From IMG/VR virus record IMGVR_UViG_3300034102_002177: a stretch of DNA of 64,000 nt; one strand, given 5' to 3'. The stretch comes from a virus. Taxonomy: Duplodnaviria > Heunggongvirae > Uroviricota > Caudoviricetes. The stretch's first letter is position 1. Every line of letters begins with the position of its first letter. Made by a program: the position numbers and the translations under genes. This document shows, piece after piece, positions 37,848 to 48,100 of the stretch. The notes under the pieces were generated by a model that was not told the origin of the DNA, searched no databases, and saw only the letters and a list, made by a program, of their open reading frames with translations.

Positions 37848-39239
37848 ATGGCGACAAACAAAAATTTTGAGTATTTGGGGAATGTATTCCAATTACAATT
37901 ATTAAATCAAATGGTCTTAGACAAGGACTTTTCACACTCAATTATTGATGTGATTGAGAACAATTATTTTGAGAATAAATACTTTAAAATAATTGTACAA
38001 ATGATCAGAGAGTATTATTCAAAATACAATCATACACCATCATTTGAAACATTAGAACAGATCACAAAATCTGAATTACAACAAGAAATTGCGTCTAAAG
38101 TTGTGTTAGACACAATTAAGAAAATCAAGGATGCACCTATCGACGGAGTGGATTTTGTACAAGAAAAGGCATTAAAGTTCTGTAAACAACAAGAGTTACA
38201 GAAAGTAATGGGTAAGGCACAAAAGATCATTGACGGTGGTGAATTTGAGAACTACGATGCCCTTGAAGAAATGGTCAGAGGAGCATTACAAGTTGGAGAA
38301 AAAGATACAAGTATTTTGGATGTTTTCTCCAACATGGATCAGGTGTTAGATGACGATTACAGACATCCAATTCCAATGGGAATACCTGGTATTGACCGAC
38401 TAATGAAAGGTGGTTTGGCTAAAGGAGAGATCGGTGTGATTTTAGCACCAACAGGGGTTGGTAAATCAACTGTCTTAACTAAAATTGCTAACCACGCATT
38501 TAACTTAGGATTTAACGTATTACAAATCTTTTTTGAGGATAACCCAAAGGTAATTCAAAGAAAACATTACACCCTTTGGACTAAGATACATCCTGACGAA
38601 TTGTCAGAAAAAAGAGATGTAGTTATCCAAAAAGTTAAAGAGATTGAGGAAACCATGAGTAATAAGTTAATCATGAAAAAATTACCATCTGATACTGTAA
38701 CAATGTTACAAATTAAGAATCAAATTAGAAAGATGATTGCAGATGGTTTGAAGGTTGATATGGTTTTACTTGATTACATTGACTGTGTTGTTCCTGATAA
38801 GAACTTGGGGGATGAATGGAAGAGTGAAGGATCTGTAATGAGAGGATTTGAAGCGATGTGTCACGAACTTAATTTAGTTGGATGGACAGCAACACAAGGG
38901 AATAGAAGTTCTATATCTTCTGAGGTTGTTACCACTGACCAAATGGGTGGATCTATTAAGAAAGCACAAGTTGGACACGTTATCATTTCCATAGCAAAGA
39001 CATTACAACAAAAAGAAATGAAATTAGCAACTATTGCCATCACTAAATCAAGAATCGGTGATGATGGTGTTGTCTTTGAAAATTGTAAATTTGATAATGC
39101 GATGATTGATATTGACACTGAAAGTTCAATGACATTCTTAGGGTTAGAGGAAAAACAAGAAGAAAGACAAAGACAAAGAGTTAGAGAATTGTTGGAAAAA
39201 AGACAACAAAAACAAAAAGACGAAACAAAAAACAATTAA
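37848..39239 (+). CDS. Replicative DNA helicase, DnaB / T4 gp41-like
   Basis: Walker [10 protein letters not shown], Walker [21 protein letters not shown]. Confidence 0.92.
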   Translation: MATNKNFEYLGNVFQLQLLNQMVLDKDFSHSIIDVIENNYFENKYFKIIVQMIREYYSKYNHTPSFETLEQITKSELQQEIASKVVLDTIKKIKDAPIDGVDFVQEKALKFCKQQELQKVMGKAQKIIDGGEFENYDALEEMVRGALQVGEKDTSILDVFSNMDQVLDDDYRHPIPMGIPGIDRLMKGGLAKGEIGVILAPTGVGKSTVLTKIANHAFNLGFNVLQIFFEDNPKVIQRKHYTLWTKIHPDELSEKRDVVIQKVKEIEETMSNKLIMKKLPSDTVTMLQIKNQIRKMIADGLKVDMVLLDYIDCVVPDKNLGDEWKSEGSVMRGFEAMCHELNLVGWTATQGNRSSISSEVVTTDQMGGSIKKAQVGHVIISIAKTLQQKEMKLATIAITKSRIGDDGVVFENCKFDNAMIDIDTESSMTFLGLEEKQEERQRQRVRELLEKRQQKQKDETKNN

Positions 39240-39255
39240 AAAAAATTTAAAGAAA

Positions 39256-40203
39256 ATGGAAAAAATATTAGTTGAAAATCCTAATAGGTTTGTCATCTTC
39301 CCAATTGAACACAATGATATTTGGGAATATTACAAAATGCATCAAGCGGCTTTTTGGACGGCTGAGGAGGTTGATTTAACGAATGATATTCGTGACTGGG
39401 AAAAATTAACGGATAATGAAAAATTCTTTGTAAAGAACGTATTATCGTTTTTTGCGGCTTCAGATGGAATTGTTAATGAGAATTTAGCGGAGAACTTTTA
39501 CCGAGAGGTTCAGTATCCTGAAGCAAAATTCTTTTATGGATTCCAATTAGCAATGGAGAATATTCACTCATTAATGTACTCATTATTGATTGATACTTAC
39601 ATTAGTAATCCTAAAGAAAAAGATGAGTGTTTTAATGCTATTGAGAACTTACCGGCAGTTAAGAAGAAAGCAACTTGGGCATTAAATTGGATAGATAATT
39701 CATCATTTCAAGAAAGATTAGTGGCGTTTGCTGCGGTTGAGGGGATCTTCTTTTCAGGGTCATTTTGTTCTATCTTTTGGATGAAATCAAGAGGGATTAT
39801 GCAAGGATTATGTAACGCTAATTCACTAATATTTAAAGATGAAAATTTACATTGTGATTTTGCTATCCATTTATTGAATAATCATTGTGATGAGAAACCG
39901 TCTGAAAAAAGAATTAAAGAAATTTTGTTATCCGCTTTGGAGATTGAAAAAGAATTTATCACAGAATCATTACCTGTTTCATTAATTGGAATGAATTCAA
40001 ACCTAATGAAACAATACTTAGAGTTTGTTGTTGACGGATTACTTCTTAAGTTTGGATGTAGTAAAGAATTTAATGTTGAACAACCATTTAAGTTCATGGA
40101 ACAAATTGCGGTTGAAACAAAAGGTAATTTCTTTGAATCCAGAACAATGGAATATCAAAAGGCGAAATTAAATGAAACAATTACATTTGAAGAAGATTTT
40201 TAA
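39256..40203 (+). CDS. nrdB: Class Ia ribonucleotide reductase beta subunit
   Basis: [42 protein letters not shown]. Confidence 0.96.
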   Translation: MEKILVENPNRFVIFPIEHNDIWEYYKMHQAAFWTAEEVDLTNDIRDWEKLTDNEKFFVKNVLSFFAASDGIVNENLAENFYREVQYPEAKFFYGFQLAMENIHSLMYSLLIDTYISNPKEKDECFNAIENLPAVKKKATWALNWIDNSSFQERLVAFAAVEGIFFSGSFCSIFWMKSRGIMQGLCNANSLIFKDENLHCDFAIHLLNNHCDEKPSEKRIKEILLSALEIEKEFITESLPVSLIGMNSNLMKQYLEFVVDGLLLKFGCSKEFNVEQPFKFMEQIAVETKGNFFESRTMEYQKAKLNETITFEEDF

Positions 40204-40214
40204 ATAAAAAAAAT

Positions 40215-42647
40215 ATGATGTCACTTAAAATACTTAAAAGAGATGGGGATAATGTATCATTTAACCCACAAAAAATTTACAATCGTGTTAAACGATCGGC
40301 AAAAGGTCTGAACGTAAATTCAGATGAGATTTTTATTAAAGTTATTACTTCAGTACCTACTGAAGGTGAAATAACAACAAAAGAATTAGATAAACTTGTA
40401 TATGAGATTGCCGCATCATATACCGGTAGTCACCACGATTACTCAAGATTGGCGTCTTCAGTTGCTATCTCATCATATCATAAAGAGACAAATCCTAGTT
40501 TTTCTGAAACTATGATGTTACTTTATGGTGATGGTATCATTAATGAAAAATTAATTGAAACCATTAAAGAGTATGGTGAAGATACAATTGATGCGGTTAT
40601 TAATCACGATAATGATTATAATTTTGATTATTTTGCTTGGAGATCACTACAAGAAATGTATCTTTTAAAGAGACCTAATGGTATTACGGTGGAAAGACCA
40701 CAACATATGTATATGAGAATAGCATTGTGGGTTACAGATACTTTTGTTGAGGCGGTAGAGTATTACAAATCACTATCAAATCAACTTATATCTAAGGCAA
40801 CCCCAATCATGATTAATTCGGGTACAAAAGTACCTCAATTAGCATCATGTGTATTACATTACAACAATTCAGATTCACGTAATGGTTTATTACATACTTT
40901 GAACGACATTTCAACGTATTCTTCTGACGCGGCTGGCATTGGTTTATCAATGTCAAACATTAGAAGTAAAGAAAGTAGGATTTCAAGTTCAGGTGGATAT
41001 GCGGGAGGTTTGTTAAAATACCTTAAAATTGTTAATGAGTCATTACGATTCTTTAATCAACAAGGTCGTAGACCTGGATCGGCAGCAATTTATCTTGAAC
41101 CTTGGCACAAAGATATATTGGATCTATTGGACATTAAAAAGAACACCGGAGCGGAAGAATTAAGGGCTCGTGATTTATTTACGGCACTTTGGTTACCTGA
41201 TAACTTTATGAGGGCGGTTAAAGAAAATACCGATTGGTATTTGTTCTGTCCTAATGACATTAAAAAGGCTGGTTTAAAACCATTACAAGAATGTTATGGT
41301 GATGAATACGAACAGGTATATGATACTGCGGTACAAATAGGGTTAGGTAAAAAAGTTTCAGCACAAACAATATGGACTAAAATTATTGAATCTCAAGTTG
41401 AAACAGGTGTCCCATATTTATGTTCTAAAGATAGTGCTAACAGAAAAACAAATCATCAAAACATTGGGGTAATCAAACAATCAAATCTATGTAATGAAAT
41501 TTATCAATACACAGATGAAGAAACAACTGCGATCTGTACACTATCTTCAATCGTGTTAAAAAACTTCGTTAAAAGTAATAAATTTGATTTCCAATTGTTA
41601 TTTGAAGAGGTTAGAAAAGTTGTTAGAACTTTGAATAAAGTTGTTGATATTAATAACTACTCAACACAAAAAGGATTAAAAGGTGGGTTAGAACAAAGAG
41701 CAATTGCAGTTGGTACTCAAGGATTAGCAGATGTGTTTTATTTACTTGATTTAATCTTTACTGAAGAAGAAGCAAAAACTTTAAATAAACAAATTTTTGA
41801 GACCATTTATTATGGGGCGATTTATGAAAGTAATGATTTGTGTAAAAAAGGTAAGTACAAACCATATAAATTCTTTAAAGGGTCGCCAATGTCAAAAGGA
41901 GTTTTCCAATACGATATGTGGGGGTTAACTGAAAATGATTTATCAGGATATTGGGATTGGAATAAATTAAAGAATGATGTTAGTGAATATGGAGTGTGTA
42001 ACTCATTATTTACGGCACAAATGCCTGTAGCATCTTCCGCAAAAATTACCGGATCTTTTGAAATGACTGAACCGGCTCACTCGGCGTTATTCAACAGACG
42101 TGTGGTTGGAGGTGAGATTATGATTGTAAACAAATATCTAATCGCTGACTTTGAGAAAATTGGAATATGGTCTGAGGACTTAAAAAATGAAATCATCATG
42201 AATGAAGGTTCTATTCAAAACATCAATTTTAATAATTATTTAGATCCTGAGGATAAGAATTACAATAAGAAAGTAAAACGAATTGAACATTTAATCCCTA
42301 AATACAAAACAATTTGGGAGATTTCGCAAAAACAACTTATTGACATGGCGGCAGACAGAGCACCATTTATTGATCAATCACAATCAATGAATATCTATAT
42401 GTCAAACCCAACATTATCAAAAATTACCTCATCACACTTCCATTCATGGGAAAAAGGATTGAAAACTTTATGTTATTATGTTAGAACTAAAGCAATTTCG
42501 ACAGGGGCGAAACACTTGGCGTTGGATATGACTAAAAGAGATAAACCAAAAGTTACACCAGAACCACCAAAAGTTGATTATACAAATATGAACTTACCAC
42601 CAAAACCTGATAGTTCAGAGTTTGAGTGTTTTGGGTGTTCATCGTAA
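40215..42647 (+). CDS. nrdA: Class Ia ribonucleotide reductase alpha subunit with ATP cone
   Basis: N-terminal KRDG ATP cone, ATP..INSG, LASC, SNLCNEI, MPVASS, IDQSQS, KTLCYY, C-terminal CFGCSS. Confidence 0.97.
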   Translation: MMSLKILKRDGDNVSFNPQKIYNRVKRSAKGLNVNSDEIFIKVITSVPTEGEITTKELDKLVYEIAASYTGSHHDYSRLASSVAISSYHKETNPSFSETMMLLYGDGIINEKLIETIKEYGEDTIDAVINHDNDYNFDYFAWRSLQEMYLLKRPNGITVERPQHMYMRIALWVTDTFVEAVEYYKSLSNQLISKATPIMINSGTKVPQLASCVLHYNNSDSRNGLLHTLNDISTYSSDAAGIGLSMSNIRSKESRISSSGGYAGGLLKYLKIVNESLRFFNQQGRRPGSAAIYLEPWHKDILDLLDIKKNTGAEELRARDLFTALWLPDNFMRAVKENTDWYLFCPNDIKKAGLKPLQECYGDEYEQVYDTAVQIGLGKKVSAQTIWTKIIESQVETGVPYLCSKDSANRKTNHQNIGVIKQSNLCNEIYQYTDEETTAICTLSSIVLKNFVKSNKFDFQLLFEEVRKVVRTLNKVVDINNYSTQKGLKGGLEQRAIAVGTQGLADVFYLLDLIFTEEEAKTLNKQIFETIYYGAIYESNDLCKKGKYKPYKFFKGSPMSKGVFQYDMWGLTENDLSGYWDWNKLKNDVSEYGVCNSLFTAQMPVASSAKITGSFEMTEPAHSALFNRRVVGGEIMIVNKYLIADFEKIGIWSEDLKNEIIMNEGSIQNINFNNYLDPEDKNYNKKVKRIEHLIPKYKTIWEISQKQLIDMAADRAPFIDQSQSMNIYMSNPTLSKITSSHFHSWEKGLKTLCYYVRTKAISTGAKHLALDMTKRDKPKVTPEPPKVDYTNMNLPPKPDSSEFECFGCSS

Positions 42648-42669
42648 GATGGATTGCGTATCATCAGAG

Positions 42670-42694
42670 AATCCCGGCTAAGTCGGGATTTTTT
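42670..42694 (+). terminator. Intrinsic terminator closing the replication block
   Basis: AATCCCGGC-TAA-GTCGGGATT followed by TTTT. Confidence 0.85.
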
Positions 42695-42743
42695 ATTTTC
42701 TAATGTATTTATTCAAAAATTATTGAGAGTATATTTATTGAAT

Positions 42744-43202
42744 ATGGCAAATGGAATAACATATGGTTTAACTTTCCCGTTTAGAGATTCATTCGTTGGT
42801 AGATATTTGGATACTTCTAACGATAGTGATGAGGAAATAAGAAGTAATCTTGTACACTTATTATTAAGTAAAAAAGGAACAAGGTATTTTTTACCTGATT
42901 TTGGGTCAAGATTGTATGAATATATTTTTGAACCATTAGATGGACCAACATTTAGTGAAATTGAAAGTGAGATAAGGGATTCGGTTGGTAAATATATGCC
43001 AGGTATCCTGATTACTAACATTAAGATCACAGATGCTTCAATGGGGGAAGAAAATCAAGGAACTTATATAAACCAATATGGTGAGAAAGAATTTACAGTT
43101 CCAAACATTGCTCAATTAGAACATACGGCAAAAGTAAGAATTGATTATAGAAACACTAATAACGCTTTCAATTCAAGCGATTTTGTAATTATCAATATTT
43201 AA
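42744..43202 (+). CDS. Baseplate wedge protein, gp25-like
   Basis: GLTFPF, IRSNL..LLL..KG.RYFLPDFGSRLYEYIFEP. The ATG at 42744 is preferred because the track start 42654 spans the terminator. Confidence 0.9.
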   Translation: MANGITYGLTFPFRDSFVGRYLDTSNDSDEEIRSNLVHLLLSKKGTRYFLPDFGSRLYEYIFEPLDGPTFSEIESEIRDSVGKYMPGILITNIKITDASMGEENQGTYINQYGEKEFTVPNIAQLEHTAKVRIDYRNTNNAFNSSDFVIINI

Positions 43203-43208
43203 TAGTAT

Positions 43209-45047
43209 ATGGCGAATAAAAAAATATCGTACACAACGAGAGATTTTGCGGGAATAAGAACTGAACTTATTAATTTCACAAGAACTTATTACCCTGACCT
43301 TGTTCAGAATTTTAATGATGCTGGGGTATTCTCGGTTTTATTAGATTTAAATGCTGCGGTAACTGATAACTTACAGTTTCAGATTGATAGAAGTATACAA
43401 GAAACTGTTCTACAATACGCTCAACAAAAATCATCAGTTTATAATATTGCAAGAACGTATGGTTTAAAGATTCCCGGATCAAGACCATCTGTTGCTTTAG
43501 TTGATTTTTCTATTACTGTTCCTGCTTTTGGGGATAAAGAAGATTTAAGATACTGTGGTATTTTAAGACGAGGATCTCAAGTAAATGGTGCGGGACAACC
43601 ATTTGAAACAGTATACGATATTGATTTTGCATCTCCAACGAATGCTGAGGGGTCACCAAATAGATTGAAAGTACCAAATTTTGATTCAAATAATAATATC
43701 ATTAATTATACAATAACCAAAAGAGAAGTTATCGTTAATGGTATAACAAAAGTTTTCAAAAGAGTAATTACCCCAAATGATGTTAAACCATTCTTTGAAT
43801 TATTTTTACCTGAAAAAAATGTTTTAGGTATTACAAGTGTTTTACTTAAGGATGGAACACAATACACTTCACCACCTTCGGCTCAAGAATTTTTGGGGTT
43901 AGAGAATAGATGGTATGAAGTACAAGCTTTGGCTGAAGATAGAGTATTTATTGAGGATCCAACTAAACCATCCGATCAACCGGGTATAAAGGTTGGAAAG
44001 TATGTTGTAACAAATACTAAATTTATTAGTGAGTTTACACCTGAAGGATTTTGTAAATTAACCTTTGGTGGTGGAAATGTATCGGCAGAAGAACAATTAA
44101 GAGAATTTGCAAGAGATGGTGTTGGTTTTGACTTAAACAAATATGTTAATAATTTAGCTTTAGGTAGTGCGTTGAAATCAAACTCTACTTTATTCGTACA
44201 ATACAGAGTCGGTGGAGGTCAAGCAACAAACTTGGGGGTTAACATCATCACTCAAATAGGTACGGTATCATTTTTTGTTAATGGTCCGTCAGAATCGATT
44301 AATTCAACTGTGGTGAATTCACTTAGAGTAAACAATGTAACTGCAGCTATAGGTGGATCAAATCCCCCAACAACAGAAGAAGTAAGACAATATGTAACTT
44401 ACAATTTTGCCGCACAAAATAGGGCGGTAACCATTAATGATTATGAATCGGCATTAAGAACGATGCCATCACAATTTGGTGCACCCGGTAAAGTTTCTAT
44501 TGTTGAAGAAAATAATAAAATAAAAATTAAAATGTTATCTTACGACACTAGTGGTAATTTAACTGAAGTAGTTTCTAACACACTTAAGAATAATGTTGCT
44601 AATTATTTATCTAATTATAGAATGATTAATGACTATATCTCCGTTGAGACGGCAAATGTTATTGATTTAGCGATTGATGTTGATGTTGTTTTAGATTCTA
44701 GTCAAAATCAAGGGTCTATTGTTGCTAAGATTATTAATATTATTACCGCTTATTTTAGCCCAGCGGTTAGAGGGTTAGGACAAAATGTTTATATATCTGA
44801 AATAAGACGATTAATACAAAGTGAAAATGGGGTAATATCTATTTCGGGTATTTTTGTCTATAATAAGGTTGGGGGACAATACTCATCTTCACAAACTTCT
44901 CAACAATATGAAGACCCGTCTACAAAAATGATAAAATTAGTTGCGGATACTGTCTTTGCCGAACCTACCCAAATATACCAAATTAGGTTCCCAAACAAGG
45001 ATATTACGGTTAATGTCCTTAACTTCAGAACGATTAATTTCTCTTGA
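43209..45047 (+). CDS. Baseplate wedge protein, gp6 / baseplate J-like
   Basis: YTTRDFAGIRTELI, DFN-like NFNDAG, YRVGGG, GGSNP, QNRAVTINDYE. Confidence 0.9.
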   Translation: MANKKISYTTRDFAGIRTELINFTRTYYPDLVQNFNDAGVFSVLLDLNAAVTDNLQFQIDRSIQETVLQYAQQKSSVYNIARTYGLKIPGSRPSVALVDFSITVPAFGDKEDLRYCGILRRGSQVNGAGQPFETVYDIDFASPTNAEGSPNRLKVPNFDSNNNIINYTITKREVIVNGITKVFKRVITPNDVKPFFELFLPEKNVLGITSVLLKDGTQYTSPPSAQEFLGLENRWYEVQALAEDRVFIEDPTKPSDQPGIKVGKYVVTNTKFISEFTPEGFCKLTFGGGNVSAEEQLREFARDGVGFDLNKYVNNLALGSALKSNSTLFVQYRVGGGQATNLGVNIITQIGTVSFFVNGPSESINSTVVNSLRVNNVTAAIGGSNPPTTEEVRQYVTYNFAAQNRAVTINDYESALRTMPSQFGAPGKVSIVEENNKIKIKMLSYDTSGNLTEVVSNTLKNNVANYLSNYRMINDYISVETANVIDLAIDVDVVLDSSQNQGSIVAKIINIITAYFSPAVRGLGQNVYISEIRRLIQSENGVISISGIFVYNKVGGQYSSSQTSQQYEDPSTKMIKLVADTVFAEPTQIYQIRFPNKDITVNVLNFRTINFS

Positions 45048-45120
45048 TAATTTATTTTTCAAATAAAAGAATTATTTTTTGAAAATAGGAAATAAACTAT
45101 TTATCAAGAAAGAATAAATA

Positions 45121-48100
45121 ATGCCAAAATCATATAGAATACGTACAACACCTGGTACTGAGAAGACAATAAATATTCAATTAGAACAGGATTTTGAATT
45201 CTTAGAGATATTATCACTTAAGATTAATCAAGGGGACATCTATAATAGAATGTGTTCTGATTATGGTGTTATTATTGGTAGAGTATTGGTTAATAACGGA
45301 TACGGTGTACCAAATGCTAGAGTATCTGTCTTTATTCCAATTGATGATATTGACATAGATAATCCAATAATTTCTGAACTTTATCCGTATCAAACATTAT
45401 CTGATGTTAGTGCCGATGGGTATAGATATAATTTACTCCCTAAAGATCCATCATATACAGGTCATGCAGCAACAGGGACTTTCCCGTCTAAAGAAGAAAT
45501 ATTAACTGATCAATCATATGTTGAGGTTTATGACAAGTATTATAGATTTTCCGTAAGAACAAATGATAGTGGTGACTATATGATATTTGGTGTTCCAACC
45601 GGAACTCAAACAATATTAATGGATGTTGATTTATCGGATATTGGTTGTTTTTCACTTTCACCACAAGATTTAATTGATTCGGGTGTTGCGGTTGAATCAC
45701 AAGTTAATGGTTCTAAATTTAAAACATCAACTAATCTTAGTGAATTACCTCAAATCGTTACTTTAAATAAAATTATTGAGGTTGCTCCGTTATGGGGTGA
45801 ACCTGAGATATGTTTATTAGGTATTACAAGAGCCGATTTTGATTTAACTGCAAGTGCAAATATTTCTATAAAACCAAACGCTGTTTTTATGGGGTCGTTA
45901 ATCTCAACAACTGATGATGATGCAGTTAGAGCAACAACTTGTAAACCAAAAAATGATACAGGTAATTTATGTGAGTTAATTGCGGGTCCTGGTCAAATAC
46001 TAACAATTAGACAAACTATTGATATTGATCAAGATGGAAGACCAATTCTTGAAACACATGAATTGGATGAGGACGGTAAAGTCATTGATACTGATGGTGC
46101 ATTTTTAATAAATGTGCCAATGAACTTAAATTATATTATTACAAATGAATTTGGTGAACAGGTTTTATCCAACGACCCAAAGAAAGGAATACCAACTAAA
46201 GGTAAATACAGATTTAAATTTAAATGGCAAAATGAACAAGGTTTACAAAATTCATTTTTAAGAGGTCATTTTTTGGTTCCAAATATAAAAGAACACGGAT
46301 GGGTAACCTCAGCTATAGATCCATTAATAAACTATCCTACTACACAATATCAATTTACATTACCAAATGGTACTTTAACATCAACTTTTTCATTAAATAA
46401 TACCTCAACAGGGGGGTTAGTTTTAGATAATAAAATTAACGTTCAAAGTTTCACGGTTTTATTAAATGGTAACCCTTATTTTGGTGATTTAGAAAGTATT
46501 CCAATTACCGTAATTCCCACAACTTTTACAATAAATGTTGTTCCTACTAACCCCGGAACATTAACTCAATTTAACTATACTTTTTATCAACAACCAACAT
46601 TTGATGCGTTAAGGTCATACGCTTTTAGTTTAGATTGGAATGATTATGGTGACAACACAACTGTTGTTGGACAACAAATGATACAAGAAGCAATTAATTG
46701 TGAAGATAAATTTTATGAATTTAATTATAATAAAATTTATACAACATCAATGTTCTTGGATCGATATAAAAAGGGTGCTGGTAGGGCAAAACACTTAGGT
46801 ATTAAAGAGATTGATGATAGAGCTTGTAAATCTACAGTTAATACATTTCCTGTTAATGATATAATTAGAAACTTTGATTTTATATTTTTCTTATTTAATT
46901 TGTTAATGAATATTTTGGCAATACCAATATTAATAATATTATGGATTGCCCATTTTATTGCTTTGATTTGGCCGGTTTTAAAATATCTATTAATAGTTTT
47001 AGGTATTTATCTTGGTTATCAGGCGGTACAACAAGGAATTGATGTTATTAATTCACTTTTAGAATTCACGGCAGTTTCGATTCCGGGAGGTCCTGTTATT
47101 AATGCGGGGTTAATATTAAGAGTTGCCGCACAACTTTTAGCCGCATTATTTAAATTAGCTTTATCATTGGCCTTCATTGCGTTTACCGCGATTTATTTAG
47201 TTAAGATAAATAATTTTCCAAGATTAGGTTTACCTATGTTATCTTATCCTGAATGTACAAGTTGTGATTGTGATTGTGGTAACGCCGAAATAGATGACGA
47301 TATTGATGAAAATACGGTTAACGCAAGTATTGAAGAACAACAAAACGGTTTAGATGATAGTAATATACAGTACGCTCAATCAACATCATTTATTGCACCT
47401 GTCAATTTATCTTCGGCTTATAATGTTAATCACCCTAACTTAGAAAATTTCCCTGGTGAAGATAGTGATGATAATGATAAAGGGTATTTTTATGCGGCAG
47501 GATCTTTTGGTCCAAGTATACAGTATAAATCATTACTAAATAGAGTGGTAGATGATCAGGTAGGTGGTGATGTTGTTGTTGATGCGGTTTTAGATTTTAG
47601 AAGATTATTTTCGGGATATGACATACTTTCATCTACTACTGATCCAAATGCTTTTAATAAGTATCATGCTCCTCAACCATTTTTATTTGCTGCGGAAAAA
47701 GATCTTGGTGTTCACTATAGGTGGTTTGGATTTCCTAGAACTGAAACTTATCCACAAAAATTAAATGAATTTAATACAAGAGATAAATATTTTGGGAATA
47801 ATTCACCTAATGTCATTAGGACAACCGTAAATCCACAATTAAGTGTGGCTCCATATAATTTAGGAACCCAATCAACATTTACGGATCAAATTATTGTTGT
47901 TCTGGCTAATCCTGGTACAGCACAACAGTTAGGTATAGGGGAAATTGTTACTTTTCAAGACCCTAATTTTGATAATGGGTTAGTTATAAAAAGAAATATA
48001 AATTTAACGGGGGCAACATTAAATGATTTTGGTAATAATTCGGTGACAGGAACAACCGTTTTATCTGCGGCGCCAAATACAACTGCTAACGTCGTACCAA

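Noticed and set aside
2156-42647. Inteins or group I/II introns in polB, uvsX, helicase or nrdAB
   Set aside because: Lengths are ordinary, the reading frames are continuous, and no intein or homing-endonuclease motifs were seen inside them.
42654-42743. Track N-terminal extensions of gp25, HAD (16795), SNF2 (11204) and RHH (13408)
   Set aside because: They run through terminators or promoter motifs or overlap neighbouring genes; downstream starts fit better.
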